A stretch of 64,000 nucleotides of DNA, from IMG/VR virus record IMGVR_UViG_3300027754_003435. The stretch is one strand, 5' to 3'. Source of the DNA: a virus. Below the pieces are notes generated by a model, which saw only the letters and a list, made by a program, of their open reading frames with translations, was not told where the DNA came from and did not search any database. Positions 10,809-20,893 of the stretch are shown here, piece after piece. The translations under genes and the position numbers were made by a program. Every line of letters begins with the position of its first letter. The stretch's first letter is position 1.

Positions 10809-11240
10809 TTATCTCCCTTTCTTTTCATCTATTTTTTTCATTAAATCAGAATAATTTCTTGTTAACGCATTCATAACATCGTCTGGTACTTCATTTGGTT
10901 CAACTCCTTGTGGAATAGCACCGTGTTTATTACTTCCAAACGATTTCGCCATGTCAGATGTGAAATGAAGTTCGTCTTCAATATCATAACTCTCTTGTAA
11001 ACTCCTACGAGTTTCTTCTAATAAATCATGTATAGAGTTAAAATTAGTCTTTTTTTGTTTTTTTATATCAGAAGTTAAATTAGATTTTTGAACTGTCTGA
11101 TGTAAATCCATTCCATGCTGTAATTCTTTTATTTGACTTTTTTTACTTAACTGAGTTGAATTCATTTTTTTATCGATGGCATATTCAACCTCTTCTCTTA
11201 TGATCTGCCGTATCGTATTAAAAAATTTAGACGTTTCCAT
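10809..11240 (-). CDS. Hypothetical protein (possibly virion-associated)
   Basis: 143 aa ORF filling the gap between genes; N-terminal IRQIIREE. Confidence 0.75.
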   Translation of the reverse strand: METSKFFNTIRQIIREEVEYAIDKKMNSTQLSKKSQIKELQHGMDLHQTVQKSNLTSDIKKQKKTNFNSIHDLLEETRRSLQESYDIEDELHFTSDMAKSFGSNKHGAIPQGVEPNEVPDDVMNALTRNYSDLMKKIDEKKGR

Positions 11241-11288
11241 AAAACTACCTTTTGTTTATTTAACATTTCATATAAATAGAAAAAATTA

Positions 11289-13169
11289 TTATTTCTCAAC
11301 TATATCGTCATATATACTTTTCAGAGCAGAATTTAATTTTCCTGTATTTTTTGATGTAATTTTTTTATAGTAATCGTTTACTGCAGGAGTTCTTCTAAAT
11401 TTACCATTCAATTGTGATATTACTTTTTGTGGTTGTCCAGTAGGAGTACATTTTAATAGTCCAAATAGTCCATCTTCACCAAATTTCCAAATAGTAGTAA
11501 CTTTAACTGTCATATCAGTTCCGTTTGCAGCAATACCACCATTTGTATTTCCACCCATGTGAACACACGTACCATCTGGATTTAAGAATATCAACATTTC
11601 CACGTGACCACCTTTACTTACAATAGCTGTTTCCCACCCACAAGTTAATAAGTGCCGTATTAAAGCAAGTCCTTCTTTAGTCATACCATTCGCAGTATAG
11701 TGATATTCTTCCCAAAAAAAGCAAACAATTGGATCTGGTAAATATTTTTCATAAACTGTTATTGGTAACTTTGGTCCAGAAAGTGTTGTTGTTTGTTTTA
11801 TCTTATAATCCAATAAAATCGGATCACCTGGTCCAGTTGTACCATCTGGATTTGTAATTGTAGTTTCCTGATACTGATCAAGTAGGGTTGGGTCGGTAGA
11901 TAAACCATCTTCATCTATTTGTCCTTCTACTTTTTGTCCTCTTTTAGTTTTTTTTCCAACTTTTAAATTTTTTGTTAGAATTTTTTCTTCTGTTATAACA
12001 GATTCTTGCGCTTCTGTTTTGAAATAGAATGCTCTAGCTCTAACAGCATCCGCACTTGATCTACCAGCAAAAGAAATTTTATCAAAACCAGGTACTAATT
12101 GTTCTTTACCATTTATTATACAAGCAGGTACTCCTGCAAAACCACCGCCTTCTGGAAATGGTATTTTTTTTGAATGATTCCATCCCGCTCCATTACCTGC
12201 TGCAGCTCCTGTTACAGATGTACCTTTAAATGCTTTATATTTACCGGCTCTAACATAAAAATTAGTAGAAAGTCCGCACCACCAAGGTTCATCTGCCCAA
12301 GTTGCATTTTTACCATGTTTACCACCATACGTTCCAATTGTAAATTCACCACCCTTATTATATACAGACATAGTCATCATCATCAATTGTTCGGTATTTT
12401 CTTGTCCAACATAAGGTACTATTGGATTCCATATACCAGTCTCTGGAAAGTTTAGAAATAACGGAACATCTATAACACCCTGTGGTCCCTGTGTAAATCC
12501 AGTTGCTCCACTATATAAAGTAGTTTCCGAAGCATTAAATTTATATGGAACAAAAAATTGAATTGGTCCAGCCCATTGTTCTAATTCCCATTTTGGAAAG
12601 CCCGAACCTTGCGGGTTCGCGTTAACGCCTCGATACGCCCAATATTTTCCACCTAATTTTCTATCGACTCCATAAACTTTTTTTACCCAAGGATTACCCG
12701 CAAGACTCACATTCTGCCATATAAAATTCCAATTAGCAACTTGGTAATTTGTAACACTTGTACCTGCTGGTGGTTGAGTATTACTTCTTGATAATTCTAT
12801 ACTTTTTTGGTCAGTCATTGCAGCACTTTGTTCAACATTTTCATCCGCCTTTGCAGGTGTTGTATTGGATTTTTCCTTAGCTTCATTTTTTTCATTTGGT
12901 GTAACAACAGGTGGTGTAACAACAGGTGGTGTAACAACAGGTGGCGTAACAACAGGTGGTGTAACAACAGGTGGTGTAACAACAGGTGGTGTAACAACAG
13001 GTGGTGTAACAACAGGAGTTGGTGTTGGTGTAGGTGTTACAGTAGTTCCTTGACCTACATTACTATCACCACCTCTATCTGGATCGTAATCTATTAATAT
13101 AGTTTTTCTTTCAGAATTACTAACACTTGGATTTTCATCTTCAACATCATACAATATAAGATCTGCCAT
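11289..13169 (-). CDS. Baseplate-associated protein with Pro/Thr/Val linker and possible split CHAP-like peptidase
   Basis: 626 aa; (TPPVV)n linker; EPWWCG (Cys298) and GGHVEM...GGNT (His522) resemble CHAP catalytic motifs but are unusually far apart. Confidence 0.5.
   Translation of the reverse strand: MADLILYDVEDENPSVSNSERKTILIDYDPDRGGDSNVGQGTTVTPTPTPTPVVTPPVVTPPVVTPPVVTPPVVTPPVVTPPVVTPPVVTPNEKNEAKEKSNTTPAKADENVEQSAAMTDQKSIELSRSNTQPPAGTSVTNYQVANWNFIWQNVSLAGNPWVKKVYGVDRKLGGKYWAYRGVNANPQGSGFPKWELEQWAGPIQFFVPYKFNASETTLYSGATGFTQGPQGVIDVPLFLNFPETGIWNPIVPYVGQENTEQLMMMTMSVYNKGGEFTIGTYGGKHGKNATWADEPWWCGLSTNFYVRAGKYKAFKGTSVTGAAAGNGAGWNHSKKIPFPEGGGFAGVPACIINGKEQLVPGFDKISFAGRSSADAVRARAFYFKTEAQESVITEEKILTKNLKVGKKTKRGQKVEGQIDEDGLSTDPTLLDQYQETTITNPDGTTGPGDPILLDYKIKQTTTLSGPKLPITVYEKYLPDPIVCFFWEEYHYTANGMTKEGLALIRHLLTCGWETAIVSKGGHVEMLIFLNPDGTCVHMGGNTNGGIAANGTDMTVKVTTIWKFGEDGLFGLLKCTPTGQPQKVISQLNGKFRRTPAVNDYYKKITSKNTGKLNSALKSIYDDIVEK
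12898..13017. repeat. 8 x 15 bp tandem repeat encoding TPPVV
   Basis: ggtgtaacaacaggt x8 with two single-base variants. Confidence 0.95.
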
Positions 13170-13189
13170 TAATTTCTCTGTTTTTTACA

Positions 13190-15709
13190 TTAAGGATTAA
13201 CTTCAGGACATTTATCATCACCTATATAACCCCAAGGAAATTCTACCGTATAACCCTGATCATCTGGTTTCAATGATACAAAATAATTTTTATTCTCCGT
13301 GTTCCAAATTTTTTGACGTGCATTTGCTCTTTGATTATTTTGATTTCTACCTTGGCCAGAGCAAATAACATACGTATACGTTTTATCACCAATAGTGTAC
13401 GTACTAATATCTGGTTTTTTAACATCATCCTTACCGATGGAAGGATACGATGTTTGTTCATTAAATACACCACCATCGAGAATTAACTTTCCACCAATTT
13501 CAATTATTCGATAATCACCCGACTCTAAACCACCATTTTTAACACTTCTATCAATACCAGCACTATATCTATCAAATTTTTTAATATTTCCAGTAATGTA
13601 ACAATCACCATCAATTAATGTAGGTAAATATGATAATGTTTTTAACTCTGCATTTTTACATTCAAAGTTTCTACACGAAATATTTGCAAGTGTTGTTGGA
13701 AACTGTGTTATAGGATTACTACTACAAATAAAATCACCATAATTTCCGTTTCTATCTCCAAGCATTATTGGATGACCTTCTAATGAAGTTAATTTATTAT
13801 TTTGACAATTAAAACCACTAACCCCTTTTGAAAAAATCTGCGTCATTCCTGTTAATGATGTTAATAGATTTTCAGAGCAATCGAATATGCCACCACCTAA
13901 TGTTTGAAGTGACTCACCACCACTAAAACTTGTCAATCTGTTACCAGAAATATCATATACAACACCGTTACTAATTGCATTTTTTGAAATATCAACACCA
14001 GTAACTTCTTTTGGTCCAAATTTTAATCCTGTTCCACTACCTAATTTATTATCATTTGCCCAAAATGCAAAACATTTTTCTGGTCCACCCGCTAAAGATT
14101 CTAGCTCATTTTTTGAACAATTAAATACACTTCCAACTACTTTAGGCGCTCCGTCTAAAGATTTTAAACCAATACCACTACAATCAAAAACAGAATCAAC
14201 AACACCAAACTTAAATGGAAGTTTACCATCCGATGTAAGTGCCGCTACTGTAAATTTTATATCACCTTTCCAATCAACCGAACCATCTGATTGTATAATA
14301 CCTGTATTTGCTCCTGTTATAATAGCTTTCTTTTCTATTAAACTTTTTATTAAATCTGCAATAGATTTATCACCTTGTATCTCGTCAACTGTTGTTTTTG
14401 GTGGATCAGTCGTTTTAGTAGATGGTTCTGGTGCGGGCGCAGCACCTACTTTGTCTCTCCATTCTGGATCACTTCCACCAAGTACTTCGGGTACAGACCC
14501 CAAACTATCTTTCAATTCTGAATATGGATCTTTTGTTATAGTAGTATCTTCATGCATTGCTTGTATAGTATCCGCTCCCAACGCCAGTTCGTCATATGCT
14601 TCAGTCATTAATGCAGAATTACCAAATCCACCTTGCCCACTTTCATCTTTTATCCTATCCCAATTTTTTGCTTTTTCTATAATTGAATTTTTTAATGAAA
14701 TCGCTTGTTTCATAGAGTCTTCAAATTTTCTAGCTTTATTAATTGTCTCTGATAATTTTTTTACACCATCTTTTTTTGGATCTGAATCTGGAATAAAACC
14801 AAGTCCAACTGCAATAATTTTTTGTAATTTTGGGTCAAGTTTATCAAAATTTCTCCAGCTACTTGCACCAGGTGCAAATTCATTTAAGAAATCTTCACGA
14901 AAAGTAGATACTGCTTCATCAAAAACACTTTTGGCACTTAAATTAGATTTACCTGTAGCAACATCAGTTAATTTACCAGATACTTTAACTATGTTACCGA
15001 GATATGATTCTTTAACGCCCAAACTTCGTGCAAGTTTAGTTTTAAGTTCAGGTGGTAATGAATCATACGCTTTTGGACCGTTTTTAGTCAAATCATATAA
15101 GTTTTTAGTTACGGCAAAAACTTCCCAATATTTTGCTATTTCAAGTGGAGTTATTCCAAATTGACCACCTGCCTGTACAATAAGTGCTTGTAACGGTTTT
15201 GGTAAAGCACCAAAATTAATAGTATCAAAAATTTCCATAAATTGAACACGCTTGTATTTATCATATACAGATAATGCGTTTTTACTAGCTCCAAGAATAC
15301 TGTTTACTGTATTTTTTGTTTTCTCTGAATCAGTTCTTGATACATAATTAGTTGCCGTGTCTATCGTTACATCACCTGAATTGACTAAATCATTAAAAGC
15401 AGATTCTAATGTAATATCTTGTACATATTTCAACTTTCCAAAATACGAAGAAAGTGGTGGTGTATTAAAGTCAAAACCTTCAATATTTGGTAAGTCTTTT
15501 TTATTTCCAGAAAGAATAGCGAGTAATGCTTCTTTAGGCAGGGGTTTTCCCAATGTAGTACTAACAGAAATTAATTCCAACAAAGCTGCTTTTGCCGATT
15601 CTTTTGGATCAATTACCGTTTTAGTTGAAGAAGATGCTGGTGGTACTTCTGGTTCTGCATCATCATTTCGTTTTACTACATAATCTGGATCATTTGAGTC
15701 TATCGGCAT
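13190..15709 (-). CDS. Large protein with helical repeats and a C-terminal LRR-like (FxCSxNxLxSLxGxP) region
   Basis: 839 aa; repeated FDCSGIGLKSLDGAP / FNCSKNELESLAGGP / FNCQNNKLTSLEGHP units. Confidence 0.7.
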   Translation of the reverse strand: MPIDSNDPDYVVKRNDDAEPEVPPASSSTKTVIDPKESAKAALLELISVSTTLGKPLPKEALLAILSGNKKDLPNIEGFDFNTPPLSSYFGKLKYVQDITLESAFNDLVNSGDVTIDTATNYVSRTDSEKTKNTVNSILGASKNALSVYDKYKRVQFMEIFDTINFGALPKPLQALIVQAGGQFGITPLEIAKYWEVFAVTKNLYDLTKNGPKAYDSLPPELKTKLARSLGVKESYLGNIVKVSGKLTDVATGKSNLSAKSVFDEAVSTFREDFLNEFAPGASSWRNFDKLDPKLQKIIAVGLGFIPDSDPKKDGVKKLSETINKARKFEDSMKQAISLKNSIIEKAKNWDRIKDESGQGGFGNSALMTEAYDELALGADTIQAMHEDTTITKDPYSELKDSLGSVPEVLGGSDPEWRDKVGAAPAPEPSTKTTDPPKTTVDEIQGDKSIADLIKSLIEKKAIITGANTGIIQSDGSVDWKGDIKFTVAALTSDGKLPFKFGVVDSVFDCSGIGLKSLDGAPKVVGSVFNCSKNELESLAGGPEKCFAFWANDNKLGSGTGLKFGPKEVTGVDISKNAISNGVVYDISGNRLTSFSGGESLQTLGGGIFDCSENLLTSLTGMTQIFSKGVSGFNCQNNKLTSLEGHPIMLGDRNGNYGDFICSSNPITQFPTTLANISCRNFECKNAELKTLSYLPTLIDGDCYITGNIKKFDRYSAGIDRSVKNGGLESGDYRIIEIGGKLILDGGVFNEQTSYPSIGKDDVKKPDISTYTIGDKTYTYVICSGQGRNQNNQRANARQKIWNTENKNYFVSLKPDDQGYTVEFPWGYIGDDKCPEVNP

Positions 15710-15751
15710 AAATTGATTCCACGTTAAAAAACTATATAAACACTTTCTAAA

Positions 15752-15760
15752 ATAAATATA
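15752..15760 (-). promoter_or_regulatory. Putative late promoter TATATTTAT
   Basis: ATAAATATA on + strand, about 45 nt upstream of 15709. Confidence 0.55.
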
Positions 15761-15810
15761 AAAAGATTTTTAATTCAGCTAATATCGTAATAACTATAAA
15801 CGTTTTATTT

Positions 15811-17280
15811 TTATCTAATAGCCTGTTTTATTGTTGTTAGTTTTTGTTCATCAGTCTTTCCTACAAATTCTCGAAGATTTATAGTAGTTGTCCCAACGAT
15901 AAATACATCATCTTCCCATGCAAATCCATTACCGTCATCCACCGTGTACATCCTATCAATTGGATAATTTTTTGTTATGTATTGTTCGCCATTGGGTGTC
16001 ATAATATACTGAATATACTCTACTACCGTACCTTTACTTCTATTTCTTTTTTCATATATAACCCGAACCGTCTCACGAATTTGTTCGAGTGGCTTTGCTT
16101 CTGCTTTTGCTGCTGCTTCTGCTTCTGCTACTGCTTTTGCTGCTGCTTCTGCTTTTGCTGCTGCTTCTGCTTTTGCTTTTGCTGCTATTTCTTCTGGCGT
16201 TGTTTCAGGTGTTGCCGGTGGTGTATAAATCAGTTTGCCATCTTTATCTGTTTTATAAGAAATACTATTACCATCAATACCAGTAGTTGTAGTCAACGCA
16301 CTACCATCTTCAAAAACAGTTTTTTTAGTAGTAACACCGTTTTCCTTAGTAGTTGTAGTCGTTGAACCATCTGAATTTTTAGTTATAATTGGTCCAGTTG
16401 GTGGTCCATTTCCTACTGCTTGTTTAAATAAATCACCACTAATCAACGCTTGTATATCTGGATCAAGATCTTCAATACTTCCTTTTCCATATTCACGTAA
16501 CATAAATTGTGTAAGTCCGTCCCAATCTTCAGCAGCTACTAATTCTTCAACAGTTGCTAATTTTTTTATAATAACAACAATTCGTTTTATTGTTTTGGGG
16601 TTTGTTCCTAATGCAGAAGCAATAATAGCTTGAGTCGATGGTGGTAAGTCATTATAAACAGTTAAATCTTTCAATGATGATATTATTTGTGCTTTTGTTA
16701 TTGCATTTTTTGCAGTAACATAAGTTCTATATAATCTCACAGATGTTGCTAATATGGGTAATATATCTCTTGAAGGTAAACCAATTAATTTAGCGAATAC
16801 ATCTTTTTCTGCATTTTTTTCTCTTTTTTGTAATGTCTCCACATCCTCTTTAGATATAGGATTTGAGCCAGATGGATTCAAATAATTTTCAACATAATTT
16901 ACACCAGTACCAACTTGCCCTGCACTCCATTCATATGCACCCGCTACAAACCCACCAAGTGTACCCATTGCGGTTTCAATATACTTTTCTACTGATTCCA
17001 TGTACGGTGTTATAACACCACCGTCACCAAAAAATGAACCAGCCATGACAGTAACCACACAAGTTATAGTAGTTCCACTACCATCGGTTGCTGTTATATT
17101 TGCAGTACCATTTATTATAGATGTAATTGTAGCACTATTTCCAGTTTCACTTGCTTTAATAACAGCAACCGATAGATTATCAGATTTCCATTCTATTGTA
17201 CCAGTTCCACCCGAAGTTTCTATCTTCTGAGTTTTTCCTGCTTCCATAGATATTTTATCTAAACTAAGTTTTAGTGCCAT
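15811..17280 (-). CDS. Ig-like (Big_2) domain protein with Ala/Lys/Glu-rich linker
   Basis: N-terminal IEWKSDNLSVAVI...GTANITATDGSG...CVVTV is a Big_2 pattern; AKAEAAA repeats near the C-terminus. Confidence 0.75.
   Translation of the reverse strand: MALKLSLDKISMEAGKTQKIETSGGTGTIEWKSDNLSVAVIKASETGNSATITSIINGTANITATDGSGTTITCVVTVMAGSFFGDGGVITPYMESVEKYIETAMGTLGGFVAGAYEWSAGQVGTGVNYVENYLNPSGSNPISKEDVETLQKREKNAEKDVFAKLIGLPSRDILPILATSVRLYRTYVTAKNAITKAQIISSLKDLTVYNDLPPSTQAIIASALGTNPKTIKRIVVIIKKLATVEELVAAEDWDGLTQFMLREYGKGSIEDLDPDIQALISGDLFKQAVGNGPPTGPIITKNSDGSTTTTTKENGVTTKKTVFEDGSALTTTTGIDGNSISYKTDKDGKLIYTPPATPETTPEEIAAKAKAEAAAKAEAAAKAVAEAEAAAKAEAKPLEQIRETVRVIYEKRNRSKGTVVEYIQYIMTPNGEQYITKNYPIDRMYTVDDGNGFAWEDDVFIVGTTTINLREFVGKTDEQKLTTIKQAIR
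16093..16186. repeat. Imperfect low-complexity repeat encoding (AKAEAAA)n
   Basis: gcttctgcttttgctgct-type units on the + strand. Confidence 0.85.
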
Positions 17281-17308
17281 ATTACTTCTCTATTTAATAA
17301 ATTATATA

Positions 17309-18751
17309 TTAATTATCTATTATAGAATCTAACACATCCACTTTAATAGTTTCTTGTTCTTCAATAGCCATGTTATAACCTATAATTTCGTCAACGTTAT
17401 AAGAATTTTCATCCTCTTCAATACCATCTAATAAACTAGCAGGCTTATCCCCTTCTTTCCCAAACTTACTAGGTTTTACATATTTATTAGTTTTTCTATT
17501 TTTTGCTTCTTCTTGATCCACTCCAGACGGTCCACCTGGATTTTCATTTACGAACGCTTGTTTACTTGGTAGTCTTTCTAAATCGGATAATAGAGTAGCT
17601 AACTGAGAATTAGCGACTGCAAAGTCTCCTGAATTTACTGGTGTACCAGATGGTCCAACTCCAGTTGGGTGCGTTTGAACTTGAATAGCACTAATAACAT
17701 TTTGTAATACAATACATAAATCTGCCAACCATTGTATAGTTCTATTACCCAATAGAATAGGAGAAACCGCATTTAAACCTAAACTTATTTTATTGGATTC
17801 CAATTCAACTACTTGTTTGCCATCTAATGAAATTCCTTTTTCAGAAGAAAATCCTATACCTTCCTTACTAAATCCAATTATCTCTTGTCTTTTTGCATTA
17901 AGAACAATTCTATCACTAGAAATAAGAACCTGATTTCCACCCAACTCATTTTTTTCGTATAATGAAACTTGTTTATTTTTTATAGATGGTGAATAGGTTG
18001 AACTTGGGGTAAATTTAAGATATTGACCAGATGTTAACCATATTGATGCATCATCCACGTCTGGATTTTCTATAATAAATTCATTAAAAGGTGTAGACTT
18101 TGGATTTGTTCCATTTGAAATTATTAATATTGGATTTCCAGTTTCACCTAATCCTTTTTTCCAATGTGGTCTTTGTGGGTAGATTCTACGTTCATCTATT
18201 GTTGAACCAAACCGTATAGATTGACCCCACCTTCCTTCTATTATAATGTCACCAGAATAAGGTTGTATTGGATATACATCCAATCGTTCTGCAAACGCTT
18301 TATCTATTGTATTATCAACTGCTAATCTTGTTTTAACTTTATTTAAAATACCAACTCTTGATTCCTCTCTTGCCGTTGCATTATAAGGTTGTGTAGTAGT
18401 AAGATATGAAGTTGCACCAGGTAGTCCGTTATGATGAACAGAACTTTGTATTGATATTGGATTAGTGTAATAATATTCTTGTGATGTACCGATTGCACTA
18501 TTATATGCAGTTGGTCCTTTCATAAGCATTACTATTTCCCCAATAATAGGAATGTTTTTTATATTTGCATCAAGTGCCCTTGCTTGTACAACGTCGTATT
18601 GTGTTTGAGAACCGAATGCTCCAACAAATTTACACATTATAGAATATAACTTTTCTTTATTTTTTCCAGAAAAATCTACATCTACAACTTCAGCCGGAGT
18701 AATCTCATACTCAACTCCATTCAGAACTATTTTCTGTTGATCCAGTGCCAA
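17309..18751 (-). CDS. Baseplate hub/spike protein (gp5/gp138-like OB fold plus beta-helix)
   Basis: PIIGEIVML OB-fold-like motif, GDIIIEGRWGQSIRFGS, SDRIVLNAK strands and C-terminal THPTGVGPSGTP. Confidence 0.75.
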   Translation of the reverse strand: MALDQQKIVLNGVEYEITPAEVVDVDFSGKNKEKLYSIMCKFVGAFGSQTQYDVVQARALDANIKNIPIIGEIVMLMKGPTAYNSAIGTSQEYYYTNPISIQSSVHHNGLPGATSYLTTTQPYNATAREESRVGILNKVKTRLAVDNTIDKAFAERLDVYPIQPYSGDIIIEGRWGQSIRFGSTIDERRIYPQRPHWKKGLGETGNPILIISNGTNPKSTPFNEFIIENPDVDDASIWLTSGQYLKFTPSSTYSPSIKNKQVSLYEKNELGGNQVLISSDRIVLNAKRQEIIGFSKEGIGFSSEKGISLDGKQVVELESNKISLGLNAVSPILLGNRTIQWLADLCIVLQNVISAIQVQTHPTGVGPSGTPVNSGDFAVANSQLATLLSDLERLPSKQAFVNENPGGPSGVDQEEAKNRKTNKYVKPSKFGKEGDKPASLLDGIEEDENSYNVDEIIGYNMAIEEQETIKVDVLDSIIDN

Positions 18752-19094
18752 TTTTGTTTTCCTCTTGTTCTACTTGAATGTCTTGAATTCCTTTTAATAA
18801 GGCTTCTTTTTCTTCATCGGTCAAGAATGAGGAAGATTCCTCTGTTTTATTACTTGTAGCACGTTGTATAACCGCTGCCAATTTAACTAAATGTTCATCA
18901 TTCTTAACTGACACTTCCATTAAGTCTTTGATAGAAGGAACTAACATACCCGCATCACTTATATTTGTTATAAGTGGTTTTAGGTCTGCAATCAATAAAT
19001 TTAATTGCCGTTCCTTTTTTTTCTGATTGTCATAAATGTCTTTCAACAAATCAGAAAACTTTTTATTTCCGAATAATTCTTGGTCAAAGCTCAT
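18711..19094 (-). CDS. Conserved-looking hypothetical phage protein
   Basis: Start moved to ATG 19094 (MSFDQELF); helical, overlaps the spike gene start. Confidence 0.7.
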   Translation of the reverse strand: MSFDQELFGNKKFSDLLKDIYDNQKKKERQLNLLIADLKPLITNISDAGMLVPSIKDLMEVSVKNDEHLVKLAAVIQRATSNKTEESSSFLTDEEKEALLKGIQDIQVEQEENKIGTGSTENSSEWS

Positions 19095-19107
19095 ATTAAT
19101 AAATATG

Positions 19108-19842
19108 TTAGTTGTTAATAATGTCTTGTATATCATACCAAGACATATTTTCTATATTGTTTCCGTCTCTATATTCTTTATATAAACAAGAATAAATTAT
19201 TTTTATTTTGTTCATAACATTTGTTATATATTGAGACTCCACACCAGTTCTTTCACGAATTAAAATATAAATTGCTTTTTTATTATAATTTTCTATAGTA
19301 TCACGAGTTTTGAATAAATATAAAATCGTATCAGCAACCTGTATATCTCTATTTTTAGAGAATAGAAGTGGTAAATATTTTTCAACCACAGAAACAAATA
19401 AATTTATAAAATCATTTTTCTCTTCTATTAAATCCGTTCTTATTTTTTCGTTTATAATATTCCGCTCAGTATCAATATTAACCATGTCCTGACTTCTTTT
19501 GAAATGATAATAATTTTTATTGTTTTCTGCAATTAAATAATTCTTAGCAACTATAGAAAAATAGGAAAAAGCTTTACCACTTTCTGCTTTATATTTATTA
19601 ATTTTTTCATGTAAAAAAGTAACAACTTCGTGTTTAACATCTTCATGTGAAACATCAAAATTATAAAACTTGAATCTGTGTATCATAATCTCTGCAAGTT
19701 TATAAAATGCAGGATGAATCTTTTTGGTATAAATTATATTACGTTGTATATTATCATCCGTAGTATTGTACTCAACAATTGCGTCTTCCGTTTCTTGAGT
19801 AAAGTACATAGTTTGTTTTACTTTTGGTATAATCATACTCAA
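19108..19842 (-). CDS. Phage RNA polymerase sigma factor (sigma70 region 2-like, gp55-like late sigma candidate)
   Basis: EDVKHEVVTFLHEKINKY...GKAFSYFSIVAKNYLI region-2 pattern; located beside the structural module. Confidence 0.75.
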   Translation of the reverse strand: MSMIIPKVKQTMYFTQETEDAIVEYNTTDDNIQRNIIYTKKIHPAFYKLAEIMIHRFKFYNFDVSHEDVKHEVVTFLHEKINKYKAESGKAFSYFSIVAKNYLIAENNKNYYHFKRSQDMVNIDTERNIINEKIRTDLIEEKNDFINLFVSVVEKYLPLLFSKNRDIQVADTILYLFKTRDTIENYNKKAIYILIRERTGVESQYITNVMNKIKIIYSCLYKEYRDGNNIENMSWYDIQDIINN

Positions 19843-20201
19843 TAATCCCTTTCAAATTTTGTATTAAATTTTTGTTTTTCAAGAATACTTGTTTTGTCAT
19901 CGCCCATAGGTTCTTCACCGAAATAAACTGTAATATCATTTACAATATCTTTCATTTCTTTAAAGAAATAGCCAGTTTCGTCGTCTGCTTCAAACGAACC
20001 AATTCTATCTAATTGTCTTAAATAAGATTGTTGAGATAGTATTCTAGTTTTCAATTCTATTAAAAATTTTTCATTTTTAAGTAATTCATCTACCGAATTT
20101 TCTGCCATCTCCTCCATCGTTTCAAATTTTTTTAAGAGATTCACATTTATGTAAATAGAAGCAATTAGTAATATAACGGTTATATAAAACAAAATAACCA
20201 T
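19839..20201 (-). CDS. Small membrane-anchored coiled-coil protein
   Basis: N-terminal hydrophobic helix VILFYITVILLIASIYINV. Confidence 0.75.
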   Translation of the reverse strand: MVILFYITVILLIASIYINVNLLKKFETMEEMAENSVDELLKNEKFLIELKTRILSQQSYLRQLDRIGSFEADDETGYFFKEMKDIVNDITVYFGEEPMGDDKTSILEKQKFNTKFERDY

Positions 20202-20204
20202 AAC

Positions 20205-20861
20205 TTATCTCCTCGGATGTTTTGATTGAATAATTGTATCAATAACACCTAATTCCAATGCTTCTTTCGGTGAAATATAAAAATCTTTAATTGTAGTTGT
20301 TTTCCACCATTCAACGTCTTTTTTGGAATTTGTATGCATAATATCTAATAAAATGTCTTCTAACTTTTCCATATGCTGAACATTTGCCTTCATATCAGAC
20401 GATTTACCGTAAATATCGGAGGACATTTCGTGGAACATTATTGTACTGTTTTTAGATGCTGCACGAACACCTGTACCGGCACATAAAATAAGAGCAGCGG
20501 CTGACATTGCGCATCCACGTACAATTGTATTTACTTTAACATCTAAACTTTGAATGTAATCAATAATACCTAACGCTTCGTATACAGAACCGCCAGTTGA
20601 ATTAATAACAAGGTTAATTGGTTCATCTTTTTTACTTTCTTCTCTCATATGTAAAACTGCTCTAATCCGAGTAATTAAATCATAAAGAGTACCATCCATA
20701 ATTTCACCAAACAAAAGAACACTTGAAGCATTTACGTCTATACCATAATCCATTTGAGTAGTTGCTTCTTTCCATCGTAAAGGAATATCTTCTTCTTGCT
20801 TTGCATTTTTTTCAATTTTATTATTTTCTACACTAACTCCGTCATCATAAAAATCTTCCAT
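20205..20861 (-). CDS. clpP: ClpP-like serine protease subunit
   Basis: INSTGGSVYEALGIID, GCAMSAAA (catalytic Ser) and IMFHE (His) motifs. Confidence 0.9.
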   Translation of the reverse strand: MEDFYDDGVSVENNKIEKNAKQEEDIPLRWKEATTQMDYGIDVNASSVLLFGEIMDGTLYDLITRIRAVLHMREESKKDEPINLVINSTGGSVYEALGIIDYIQSLDVKVNTIVRGCAMSAAALILCAGTGVRAASKNSTIMFHEMSSDIYGKSSDMKANVQHMEKLEDILLDIMHTNSKKDVEWWKTTTIKDFYISPKEALELGVIDTIIQSKHPRR

Positions 20862-20893
20862 ATAACTACTCCAGTATATATAATAATAATATT

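Noticed and set aside
14451-15164. 237 aa + strand ORF, and similar antisense ORFs such as 38932..39510, 51881..52210, 60366..60839 and 61889..62371
   Set aside because: Entirely antisense to well-supported genes, with no motifs, promoter or RBS; shadow ORFs.
12807-16365. Low-complexity ORFs (NNRWC, LLHH, GVTT, poly-L, C/F-rich)
   Set aside because: Alternative-frame or antisense translations of the TPPVV and AKAEAAA repeats.
593-18751. Extracellular contractile injection system or T6SS instead of a phage tail
   Set aside because: The surroundings include a phage sigma, ThyX, ArdA, lysis genes, a tRNA and many small early genes, typical of a complete lytic phage.
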